This document shows, piece after piece, positions 55,845 to 64,000 of a DNA stretch of 64,000 bases; position 1 is the stretch's first letter; each line of letters opens with the position of its first letter. The position numbers and the translations under genes were made by a program. Source of the stretch: Dehalococcoidia bacterium (GTDB lineage Bacteria > Chloroflexota > Dehalococcoidia > Lucifugimonadales > UBA2962). The DNA lies in contig OZ244723.1 in NCBI GenBank assembly GCA_965219325.1, positions 1,642,158 through 1,706,157 of the forward strand, written 5' to 3'. Under the pieces are notes generated by a model. The model was not told the origin of the DNA. It searched no databases and saw only the letters and a program-made list of their open reading frames with translations.

Positions 55845-57965
55845 TCATCTCGAGGGTCGCCCGCCCCAACGGTGCTGCACATACGTGATCGCCTCCTTGA
55901 CCGGGAGCGGCTGAGTAAGGTTGCCGCTGCGCACGTAGAAAGGAGCCTCGTTGGACTTTTCGACATAGACCGGCTGGTCGCTCGGATCGACCGCGATCTG
56001 GCATATATCCTCGCCGTCAATCTCATGGAAGTTGACTGTCAGGTAGGAGGCCGCCACCGCCTCACCGAGATCCTTAGCCACTATCTGCTGCAGACGCTGC
56101 TCGAACCCGTCCCGGTCTTGGCGCTTAAGGGTGCCGTAGTCGGCGGCGAGTCCAACGGCACTCCCTTGGTCATCAACACCGATCAGGAGCGTGCCGCCGT
56201 CAGCCGAGTTCAGAAATCCCGCCAGCGCCTTAACCACTACATCCTCAAGTACCTTGTTTACTCTGTTCTCGGCGATGTCCCAGCGCATGCTCGACTTGAA
56301 CTCGACGAGCTGACTCTCCCCGGCCGACATTAGGTGACGCACGCTGTGCTCATCCATTGCAGCGTGCTCAACCTCCGGGACCCAGCTCTCGATGTATTCG
56401 TTGATCGCCTTTATGAGCAGGGTGCGGCGAGCGCTCATGAAATCGACGAATCGCTCCGGGGACCAGAGGCTGCGATCCATCGGCATCGACTGGGCCTTCA
56501 GGGCTCCGGAGAACTTCTCCTCGATCTCGGGCAGGTAGTCGGCGGGCGAGGATCGGCGGTGCGCCAGTGACGGCTTCTGGCCCAGGAATACCCTGTTACC
56601 CACCGCGTTGATCACCGTCAGGTCCGTGAATCCCGCCGCCTCCAGCACCCTTCGGTGGAATATGTAGTGACGCACGCCGCCGTTGCTCTTGCCGACGGCC
56701 GGATCGTATATGCGCGAGCCCGTAAACCAGTCCCGGGCCTCCTTAGACCTGGCTACGATGTGACTCAGGCGCGCCACTGCGGAGTTGATTTTGGCCCGCG
56801 CCAAGTCGCCCTGTTCTAGGACGACACGGCCGCGCTCTCTCAGGATGGCCGCCTCCAGTTCGTGCGTTGGATCCTGATCGCCGCCAGCCACGAGGGCGAC
56901 ATCCTGCTGCAGTTTCGTTTCGGTCGCCCCCGTGTATCGTGACCAAAGCCCCGCAAGATAGAGCCAGCGAACGAATCGCCGCTTGATAGTGGCGCTTGGG
57001 AAGGTGCCGCCGTGTCGGGCCAAATAGACGGTGGCGGGCACGAGGACGTTGTCGGTGGGCAAGTCCGAGAGATCGCCGATGAAGGCCTCATGGCGCAGCA
57101 CGCCCACGAGATGCTCGAACGCCGGCTGTATCTCTTCCCAGGCCGTCCTTAGATCCTCCGCCGGCGTCCTCATGAAAGTGCCTTCCAGCACGATCGAGCC
57201 GGTGGCCACACCAGCCATGCACCGGACTAGAAAGTCCAGGTCGACACCGAAGCCGACCTGTTTCATCTTCAGGCTGAACGACCACAGATCCCCCCTGGCC
57301 TCCGGCCAGATGCTGCAGATGTGGGCCAGTGCAAGGTCCGCCTTCGTGAGCGGCGTACCCGCACGGTTGACCCGGTTGAAGATATCGACGACCTGTTCGA
57401 CGCTAAATTCCTCTCCGGAAACCTGGTCTACCGTATACGTGTAGTTGCGAATCCCATCCAGACGGCCGAGCCGAGCGAGATTCTGTTGGATGATCGCGCG
57501 GCGCTCTTCGGGAAGTTGATCCAGATTCTCCAACAGGCCCGTCAGCCCCTGGCTCAGGAGATCGTGGACCCCGATCCATGCCGGGTTGTTCCCCATCAGC
57601 GACTTCTGATAGAAGCGGAACTCCTCGGTCTGCATGTTGAAATGCAGGTCGAAGTATAGCGACTCACCCTCGTAAAACAGCGGCGCCTTCCCACGAAACA
57701 GAACGTAGAGCGTGGTCAGGCGCTGCTGTCCATCCAGAAGAAGGAGCGAATGCCCGTTGCCCGTCTTCTGCGCGCCTCGCACCAGAGAGGGCTTGTAGGT
57801 CCGCCATGTGAGCAGGTGGCCGGTAGGATGCCTTCGGTAGAGTGACTGCATTAGGCCGCGCACTTGATCCCGGTTCCAGACGTACCCACGCTGGAACTCG
57901 GGGAGAAGGATCTCGCTGTGCCCGATCTCGCCCAGGAGGTTTTGGATCGATTTCACCTCATGCAT
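55845..57965 (-). CDS. DUF262 (GmrSD-type ParB-like NTPase) protein fused to a C-terminal AlbA_2/Schlafen-like domain
   Basis: N-terminus: ILLPEFQRGYVWNRDQVRGLMQSLYRRHP...LLLLDGQQRLTTLYVLF. C-terminus: ESQLVEFKSSMRWD...ALAGFLNSADGGTLLIGVDDQGSAVGL. Confidence 0.8.
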   Translation of the reverse strand: MHEVKSIQNLLGEIGHSEILLPEFQRGYVWNRDQVRGLMQSLYRRHPTGHLLTWRTYKPSLVRGAQKTGNGHSLLLLDGQQRLTTLYVLFRGKAPLFYEGESLYFDLHFNMQTEEFRFYQKSLMGNNPAWIGVHDLLSQGLTGLLENLDQLPEERRAIIQQNLARLGRLDGIRNYTYTVDQVSGEEFSVEQVVDIFNRVNRAGTPLTKADLALAHICSIWPEARGDLWSFSLKMKQVGFGVDLDFLVRCMAGVATGSIVLEGTFMRTPAEDLRTAWEEIQPAFEHLVGVLRHEAFIGDLSDLPTDNVLVPATVYLARHGGTFPSATIKRRFVRWLYLAGLWSRYTGATETKLQQDVALVAGGDQDPTHELEAAILRERGRVVLEQGDLARAKINSAVARLSHIVARSKEARDWFTGSRIYDPAVGKSNGGVRHYIFHRRVLEAAGFTDLTVINAVGNRVFLGQKPSLAHRRSSPADYLPEIEEKFSGALKAQSMPMDRSLWSPERFVDFMSARRTLLIKAINEYIESWVPEVEHAAMDEHSVRHLMSAGESQLVEFKSSMRWDIAENRVNKVLEDVVVKALAGFLNSADGGTLLIGVDDQGSAVGLAADYGTLKRQDRDGFEQRLQQIVAKDLGEAVAASYLTVNFHEIDGEDICQIAVDPSDQPVYVEKSNEAPFYVRSGNLTQPLPVKEAITYVQHRWGGRPSR

Positions 57966-58919
57966 CTCGTACCTCCTAGTTTGATCCTTTCCTGCCCGCC
58001 ATAATTTGCCGGTTCACCGGTCTCCCAACCAGCCATTCCTCCGACGACCGACAGGACTACTGTTACTCACATCAGACTGTCGGCTGTCCGCAAGGCGCCG
58101 ATATTTGGGTAGGAACACCGAGACATGCAGACCACAGGATCGCTTCGCGAGCAGGTACCCCGAACATGGATCCCTCAACCTACGAGAGTTCATGACCGTG
58201 TAGTATCACCACTCGCTCAAGAATCCTTGCCTCTCAGAGTAGCCTGAAGCTTCTGCATCGAGACCCCCTCTACGCCAGTTCGCAACGTAGAGGGGGCGTA
58301 AGAAGAAGGATTGGAAGGTCCAGTATTCCTCGTCCGTTGCGTTCGCCTTCAAGCTGGTCGTGTATGTGACACTTCTGCGATCATCGACTCAAATGCGCCG
58401 ACCATTCTAAGGCCTACGTGTATATTCGACGAATAATTGGCTGCGTAGGTTGTATGAATTCGGGCATGTTGCTGGTTTGTGTGGCAATTGCATGATTTGT
58501 CTACGGAAGCGACTCTCGAGTCTGCCGGAGTTCAGGTCGTTGCCGACAGGCGGCGAACACACGGTTTAAGGTACGTGAACAAGGTCGTAGATAAGGCCCG
58601 GTTTATCCTGCCGGGATGCAAAATGGCCGCAAGCGTGGGGACTCCAGGGGTCCCCCACAGCCTCTGCATCCCCCTACTCCCTAGCTAGGGCTTACAGGCC
58701 CGCTCCTACTGATTTCTTCCCCGTTCTTGTTTCAACGCTGGCGCCCGCCAGAGCATGGACGTGGAGGCGGGCTGTGCCTTGCGGCTGCGGCGTCTCCGGG
58801 TCCCCGACTCGGCTGCCATGAAATCGGCCTATGAGAATGGCATGTGGTGCGGCTCGTTGGCTGCGTTGCCGCGACTCTACCCATTGGCGTGCCGGACGCG
58901 CTCCCTCCCAGCCGGAGAT

Positions 58920-59375
58920 CTATTGCCGGCAAATGGGGCAATCTCCGAACGCGATCGCCTTACAGGAAAGTTGTGCTAAAGGGATCCGCCCGGTTCCCCG
59001 CCCCTCGATTGCGCTTGCCATTCCAAGCTGATGCAGCACCATGAACAAGAACGTGCAGTTGCATGAGTGGCCGGCTGGCCAAGCCGAAGGATCAAACACC
59101 ATGGGCGCGTGTTGCCTCAGGTCGCGGGACCTTACCCGGGCTCCCCTGAGACTGGAGTAGGCAGAGAACAAGTCACTGACCGCTACGCGAAATGTAGACT
59201 TCCCCCTTACATACGAGACTTTGCCTGCTGAGTAGCTCTTGATCGTAGTCGTCCCACGGCCGGGGTTCCGCAGGATTGTGCCGGGCGGAAGATTGGCGAC
59301 CATGCGCCTATGGAATTCGCGGAGCTCGATCATTGCATGCCTGCCTTCCAGCATGGAAACTGCATCCCGCTCCAC
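58920..59375 (-). CDS. Hypothetical protein
   Basis: 151-aa ORF whose likely start is MIELREFHRRM near 59333. It is divergent from the HNH gene. Contains GHSCNCTFLFMVLHQLG. No family recognised. Confidence 0.4.
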   Translation of the reverse strand: MERDAVSMLEGRHAMIELREFHRRMVANLPPGTILRNPGRGTTTIKSYSAGKVSYVRGKSTFRVAVSDLFSAYSSLRGARVRSRDLRQHAPMVFDPSAWPAGHSCNCTFLFMVLHQLGMASAIEGRGTGRIPLAQLSCKAIAFGDCPICRQ

Positions 59376-59424
59376 CGGACCTGGTGAAGGAGGGGTCTTA
59401 CGATATAGCCGGAAGGTAACTGAT

Positions 59425-59904
59425 ATGAAGCCATTCGACGACTATCCCGGTGGGGGCAACAGGATCTTGAAGAGAATGGGCCGGACTAACACGCGCCGCG
59501 AGGATGGCCTTTGGCTGATGGAGAATGCCAAACAGAACAGCTGCGCATACTGCGATGTCAGCCTCGTGGACACCTACCATCACTGGCTGCTACTCAACGT
59601 AGGCCATGTTGTCCCCTCCAGGGAATGCGCGAGGCTCGGTATCCCGGACGGGTGGCATCATTCCTTCACGAATACCGTCCTTTCGTGCTTTGGATGCAGC
59701 ATGTTCGATAACCGCTACAGCATCGACTGGCAGCCTCCCAAGGCCCCCGAAGAATGGACGGCTCGAGAGTTCATTACCCTTCGGGACAGGGTCTTTCGAG
59801 AGAGGCATAGACGCATCGGTGAGCGTCGTGATTGCGAGATTCGCTTCTTCGAATTGATGGTGGAGAGTAGCGGACCTGGACCGACCCAAACCAGACCCAT
59901 CTAG
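59425..59904 (+). CDS. Small HNH-motif endonuclease
   Basis: ATG at 59425, in frame within ORF 59239..59904. Motifs: CAYCDVSL...GHVVPSREC...NTVLSCFGCSMFDN. Confidence 0.6.
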   Translation: MKPFDDYPGGGNRILKRMGRTNTRREDGLWLMENAKQNSCAYCDVSLVDTYHHWLLLNVGHVVPSRECARLGIPDGWHHSFTNTVLSCFGCSMFDNRYSIDWQPPKAPEEWTAREFITLRDRVFRERHRRIGERRDCEIRFFELMVESSGPGPTQTRPI

Positions 59905-59970
59905 CCCGGAACTCCTAGTCCCAGATGTCACGGTGACTACACGGGAAAGGAAACCTGAAGAGGCAGCAGC

Positions 59971-60708
59971 ATGAGCAAAGATGAATTCCCACAGGAGGTC
60001 GTGGATGCGCTGGGGTGCTACGTCTATCGGTTGATCGACCCTCGCAACGGGGAAACTTTCTACGTGGGCAGGGGCAGGGGGCAGAGAGTATTCGCTCACC
60101 TGAAAGGCTCTGTCAGCGATGGGGACCAAAGCGCCGCCGACCCGAAATTGGAGCGAATCAACGAGATACGGGGCATGGACATGGACGTAGCGCACGTCAT
60201 CCACCGTCACGGTATGTCGGAGTCGACGGCAAAGGAGGTCGAGGCGGCTCTGATCGATGCTTATCCCGGTCTGGAGAATAGGGTGGCCGGTGCGGGCTCG
60301 AGGGACTACGGCACGCGGCACGTGAGTGAAATCATCCAGGAGTACAGCGCCCAGGAATTCGTGGTGGGCGAGCCTCTCATCCTGATCTCTATTGGGCAGC
60401 TGTGGAGGAAGCGTGGCGTATATGGGGCCGTGAAGGGCAGGTGGAGGTTGGACATGGAGAGAGCGAAGCGTCGCAAGCTCGTGCTGGCCCATGTGAGAGG
60501 AGTGGTAAGAGGGGCCTATAGGCCAGAGAAGTGGACTAGAACGACGGCGCAGGATGTGCCGGACCACCCACATCTAGCAGGCCGCATCGGCTTTGACGGC
60601 ATTGAAGCCGAACCGGAAGTGTGGGAGAGGTATGTAGGGAAGAGGGTGCCCGCGCGGTATCGGAAACGGGGCGCGCAGGCGTCCTGTAGGTATCTGAGTC
60701 CGCGGTAA
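59971..60708 (+). CDS. GIY-YIG nuclease-domain protein
   Basis: The N-terminus CYVYRLIDPRNGETFYVGRGRGQRVFAH fits GIY-x(10)-YVG plus a conserved R. The C-terminal half is unassigned. Confidence 0.65.
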   Translation: MSKDEFPQEVVDALGCYVYRLIDPRNGETFYVGRGRGQRVFAHLKGSVSDGDQSAADPKLERINEIRGMDMDVAHVIHRHGMSESTAKEVEAALIDAYPGLENRVAGAGSRDYGTRHVSEIIQEYSAQEFVVGEPLILISIGQLWRKRGVYGAVKGRWRLDMERAKRRKLVLAHVRGVVRGAYRPEKWTRTTAQDVPDHPHLAGRIGFDGIEAEPEVWERYVGKRVPARYRKRGAQASCRYLSPR

Positions 60709-60798
60709 GATTGCCAGCGCTCTTGATGCCTACACCGGCTGGCCACATGAGTCGTCATCCGAGGGTCCACGTCTTCATTCCTACGGTGTGTACCTGAA

Positions 60799-62529
60799 TT
60801 GGCGAGGATGATCCCGGCCCAAATTGACGATTCGGTGGAGAGTTCTGCCGAGCGGCGGATCTTCGATCTGCTCGCGGCCGACCCGGATACCGCTGGATGG
60901 ACGGTGCTTCACTCGCTTGGACTGGCACGCAGGCCGACCGGCCCATACGGAGAGATAGATTTCGTCGTCGTCATTCCCCAAGAGGGCATCCTCTGCCTGG
61001 AGGTGAAGGGGGGGCGCCTGTCATGCGAGGGTGGAATCTGGAAGACCATGGACCGGCTTGGCCGGGTGGCAGAGCTCAAGAGGAGCCCATTCGCCCAGGC
61101 CAAGGATTCCATGTTCGCCTTACGTGACCTGATCATCGGTCATTTCGGCAGGGGGGCGCCCGAGGCGAGTTGCCCGACCGGTTTCGCGGTCGTATTTCCC
61201 GATGTGGTCTGCCCGCCGGCAAGTCCGGAATTCGAGCGCTCGGATGTAATCGACGCCGAAGACCTGAGGGGGCCGATTTCCCCGTCCATCGGCAGGGTCG
61301 CCCGCAGTCGCCTGGCGGAATTCCAGCCACACAGCGGCGAGCGGCTTCCGACATCCTCTCAGCTCAAGTCGATAGTGAACTACCTGCGCCCGAGCTTCGA
61401 TCTTGTGATCGCAAAATCTGCCTCGCTGAGCAGGACCGAAGACAGGCTGATGAGCCTGACCGGCGAGCAGTACGACCGCCTGGACGAACTTTCGGCCAAT
61501 CCCCGCTGCCTGTTCGAGGGAGCCGCCGGGACCGGCAAGACTCTTCTGGCCCTCGAATACGCCCGTCGGGCAAACAGCGCGGGAGCTAGAGTCCTGTTCG
61601 TATGCTTCAACCGCCTCTTGGGGGATTGGCTTCAGCGGCAGGTCGAGGGCACCGGGGTCACGGCCGGAAGCTGGCACAGGATTCTCAGGAGGATCATCGT
61701 CTCAAGCAGTGTGGGGGAGGAGTTCCTCGAACAAGAGCGCGAGGCCCTGGAAGGTGAGGGCTATCCGAGGCTCTTTGATGAGTTGTACCCGTTCTACGGG
61801 GAAATCGCCCTGGTGGAGATGGACAGCCCGTTCGACGTGCTGGTCATCGACGAAGCGCAGGACCTATCCCGGCACAGCACCCTTGACCTGGTGAACCGGG
61901 CCGTGCGGGGAGGGCTGGCAGGGGGAACTTGGGGAATCTTTGGGGACTTCACCGGTCAGGCCCTGTACGGAAGCGATTCCGAATCTCCTGTGGAACTATC
62001 GGAGTATTGCGATCATTTCGTCAGGGCGACGCTTACCCTCAACTGCCGGAACACCCGGGCGATTGCCGAAGAGGCGGCAGTCATGGGGGGATGCAGCAGG
62101 CCACCGTTCAGGCTCGGTCGAGAGACGGGCATGCCGGTCGAGCGTCGATATTGGAAGACCACGCCCGGATTCGTGAGGTCTCTGACAGAGACCGTTGAGC
62201 TCCTGATGAACAGTGGGGTACCGATTGACGACATCGCCATCCTGTCGCCCCGACGACTGGAGAATTCGGTCCTGGCCGAAGTCGAAAAGGTCGGAGACCT
62301 CCCGCTCGTCGACTGCTCCCGGACGTTGGAAGCTCCCCGGGAATGCCTCAGGTTCTCGACCATCCACTCGTTCAAGGGCCTCGAGAGTCAGGTGGTGATC
62401 ATCGTCGACATTGAGGATGTGGATGAGGAAAGGTCGCAGTCGCTCCTATATGTGGGTATGTCCAGAGCCCGGGGCCTCCTGATCCTCTGGCCCATGAACG
62501 GGTCCGCAGGTCAATCGATACCCGGCTGA
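60799..62529 (+). CDS. NERD-domain nuclease fused to a UvrD/SF1-type helicase
   Basis: NERD: ERRIFDLLA...GEIDFVVVIPQEGILCLEVKGG. Helicase: FEGAAGTGKTLLAL (Walker A), VLVIDEAQDL (Walker B) and C-terminal TIHSFKGLESQVVIIVDI. The likely ATG is at 60808. Confidence 0.8.
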   Translation: MARMIPAQIDDSVESSAERRIFDLLAADPDTAGWTVLHSLGLARRPTGPYGEIDFVVVIPQEGILCLEVKGGRLSCEGGIWKTMDRLGRVAELKRSPFAQAKDSMFALRDLIIGHFGRGAPEASCPTGFAVVFPDVVCPPASPEFERSDVIDAEDLRGPISPSIGRVARSRLAEFQPHSGERLPTSSQLKSIVNYLRPSFDLVIAKSASLSRTEDRLMSLTGEQYDRLDELSANPRCLFEGAAGTGKTLLALEYARRANSAGARVLFVCFNRLLGDWLQRQVEGTGVTAGSWHRILRRIIVSSSVGEEFLEQEREALEGEGYPRLFDELYPFYGEIALVEMDSPFDVLVIDEAQDLSRHSTLDLVNRAVRGGLAGGTWGIFGDFTGQALYGSDSESPVELSEYCDHFVRATLTLNCRNTRAIAEEAAVMGGCSRPPFRLGRETGMPVERRYWKTTPGFVRSLTETVELLMNSGVPIDDIAILSPRRLENSVLAEVEKVGDLPLVDCSRTLEAPRECLRFSTIHSFKGLESQVVIIVDIEDVDEERSQSLLYVGMSRARGLLILWPMNGSAGQSIPG

Positions 62530-63001
62530 GAGCGGCCTCGGAACGGGAAACTCAAGTGTGAGACAGGGACCTCATGCTCCCGACCCTGCGCATGGTGCAC
62601 CGCGCGGGTCGATGAGGAACCCATCGCCGCTATTGGAGTACGGACGGGACACCGACACCGCGCTCCTTGAATCTTCAAAGAGAGCAACGCGGACCCGGCG
62701 ACTTGCCTCAGGGTGTAGCCATGCGGTCCCGGGCATGCCGGAGACTACCTGCGTGCGCGATGCCTCTAATCGCGACCGGAGTCACCCGAGCACGATGCGA
62801 GGGATAGGAATACCAATAGGCCTCCCCTATATTACTTGCCCGAGGCCTCGGACCCTCTCGTGAACCTTATGCCGGTCAGGTACCGAGCGGGGTTTGTGCA
62901 TCCAACTCGCCGATTCGACATGTCAATTTGTCAGGGGCAAATGCTACATGGGTCGACGGGCGCCAGCCTTTTGAAGGGGGTCAGGGACACTGGACAGGAT
63001 T

Positions 63002-63463
63002 GTGAGTGCATTCAACAGGTCTTTTGCCAACTGGGACATCTGCCTACCGAAGAGCGCGGTAAAGGCTCGGGAAAGGGGGCGGATCGTAGAGAGGGGCTGG
63101 ACCATCTGGTACGTCTGTGGATCGGACGACGGCGGAGAGTACCTGGACTACTACGCCAGCCATCGCATGACGAACGACAGGCACGTCCGACTCCACGCCG
63201 ATGGCCGGAGCGAGAGTCTCGAGACGGTCCAGGACTCCTACGTCCTACCCAAGGACCCTGCGAAGGCCGAACAGGCTAAGGCCAAGTTTCGTGCACGCAA
63301 CAGGGCGGTGAGGCGCATGCTCGACGAAAAAGGCTTCACCCTGGACGAGGGCGTACATCCGAGCGCCGCTGTCAGGCACTACCAGTTGACGCTAGACGAC
63401 CAATCGACTAACGATGAAGACCACCCTGGGGCGAACGGGAGCGAGGTGCAGAACGGTACCTGA
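63002..63463 (+). CDS. Hypothetical protein
   Basis: 153-aa ORF with a GTG start and coding-like composition. No motif recognised. Confidence 0.35.
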   Translation: MSAFNRSFANWDICLPKSAVKARERGRIVERGWTIWYVCGSDDGGEYLDYYASHRMTNDRHVRLHADGRSESLETVQDSYVLPKDPAKAEQAKAKFRARNRAVRRMLDEKGFTLDEGVHPSAAVRHYQLTLDDQSTNDEDHPGANGSEVQNGT

Positions 63464-63519
63464 GGGTCGATCCCGTTAATCCCGGCCCTGGTCGGCCATT
63501 ACCCCTACGTGATCCTTCG

Positions 63520-64000
63520 TCATTCCCCGGCCGAATCGCCATCCAGTGGCAACACGACCGGCTCCTTGCCGATGTACTCCAGGACGCGCCTGGTAATACC
63601 AATTGTGCGTTCGGTCGTCTGGGGACCGCCAACGACTTCGACGCGCGGCATTCCATGAGGGGGACATCCCCACCTTGTCACGACGACCCTGTCCGGTCGG
63701 CCGGTCGCCTCAGCTAACTCATTAGCGGGGTATGAAGACGAGGTGGATGCGAGAACGGTCCGTGGTGGGCAGTGCCGATCAAGGTCCGCCAGGATGCGCC
63801 GCTTCAACTCCAGATCCTCAGGCACGGCCTCGATCGCAAAGCCGACCTGGCGCATCTTCTCGCCAATCGACATGCTAGTTCGAATGAACTCGAGAGCCAT
63901 CCTGTCGACGGATACGTGGACTGCCCCACGCCTTTCGAGGTCATCCGTCATGGTCCTGATCTTCTCCATCGCCCTCTGGAGGTTCCTGCGAGACGAGTCG
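63520..64000 (-). CDS. 3HCDH_N-like NAD-binding domain protein, copy c (5' end beyond the window)
   Basis: FAIEAVPEDLELKRRILADLDRHCPPRTVLASTSSS...RPDRVVVTRWGCPPH...IGKEPVVL is collinear with copies a and b. The frame is open to the window edge. Confidence 0.7.
   Translation of the reverse strand, partial: DSSRRNLQRAMEKIRTMTDDLERRGAVHVSVDRMALEFIRTSMSIGEKMRQVGFAIEAVPEDLELKRRILADLDRHCPPRTVLASTSSSYPANELAEATGRPDRVVVTRWGCPPHGMPRVEVVGGPQTTERTIGITRRVLEYIGKEPVVLPLDGDSAGE

Noticed and set aside
59590-60573. 327-aa minus-strand ORF
   Set aside because: It lies antisense to, and fully overlaps, the HNH and GIY-YIG genes, both of which have clear motifs. It has no motif of its own.
1-64000. Searched by eye for tRNA/tmRNA genes, integrase/att sites flanking the island, reverse transcriptase (retron/DGR) and toxin-antitoxin pairs
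   Set aside because: None were found. The only tRNA-like sequence is the CRISPR spacer at 17029-17061. A proper tRNAscan/Infernal run is still needed.

Overview
High-GC bacterial sequence (taxon not determinable from the window) that reads as one dense defence and mobile-element island. Left to right:

- **1-7138:** a Dpd-like 7-deazaguanine DNA-modification cluster. It holds an SNF2 helicase with a zinc ribbon, a DGQHR/DpdB-like protein, QueE, a small unknown protein and a TGT-like DpdA.
- **12484-27476:** a complete type I-E CRISPR-Cas locus on the minus strand (cas3-cas8e-cse2-cas7e-cas5e-cas6e-cas1-cas2-leader). The array has 94 identical repeats and 93 spacers, about 80 of them unique. 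It carries several internal tandem duplications and a priming-like pair of spacers from opposite strands. The locus abuts a 5'-truncated OmpR-type response regulator.
- **30383-33233:** a decayed IS21 istA with a second IS nested inside it.
- **33537-35828:** a PD40 beta-propeller / plant-type LRR lipoprotein.
- **36468-40184:** a divergent HNH nuclease plus tandem-domain DNA methyltransferase (R-M-like).
- **40269-62529:** a long run of nuclease, HEPN and helicase genes. These include a NYN pseudogene, DUF4145-like, RusA-like plus HEPN, DUF4268-like, a dual PD-(D/E)xK protein, CBS-HEPN, DUF262-AlbA_2, and HNH plus GIY-YIG plus NERD-helicase.

The most unusual feature is a recurrent cassette. 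It combines two different EEP-family phosphodiesterases with a truncated 3-hydroxyacyl-CoA-dehydrogenase-like NAD-binding protein that probably lacks its catalytic His. It occurs in three to four diverged copies at about 8.3-9.8 kb, 45.5-47.8 kb, 52.4-54.1 kb and 63.5 kb onward. Two copies are fused to 3'-end remnants of an SNF2 helicase gene.

All domain calls come from motif recognition by eye and memory; no searches were run. Hand-indexed coordinates may be off by 1-3 nt.
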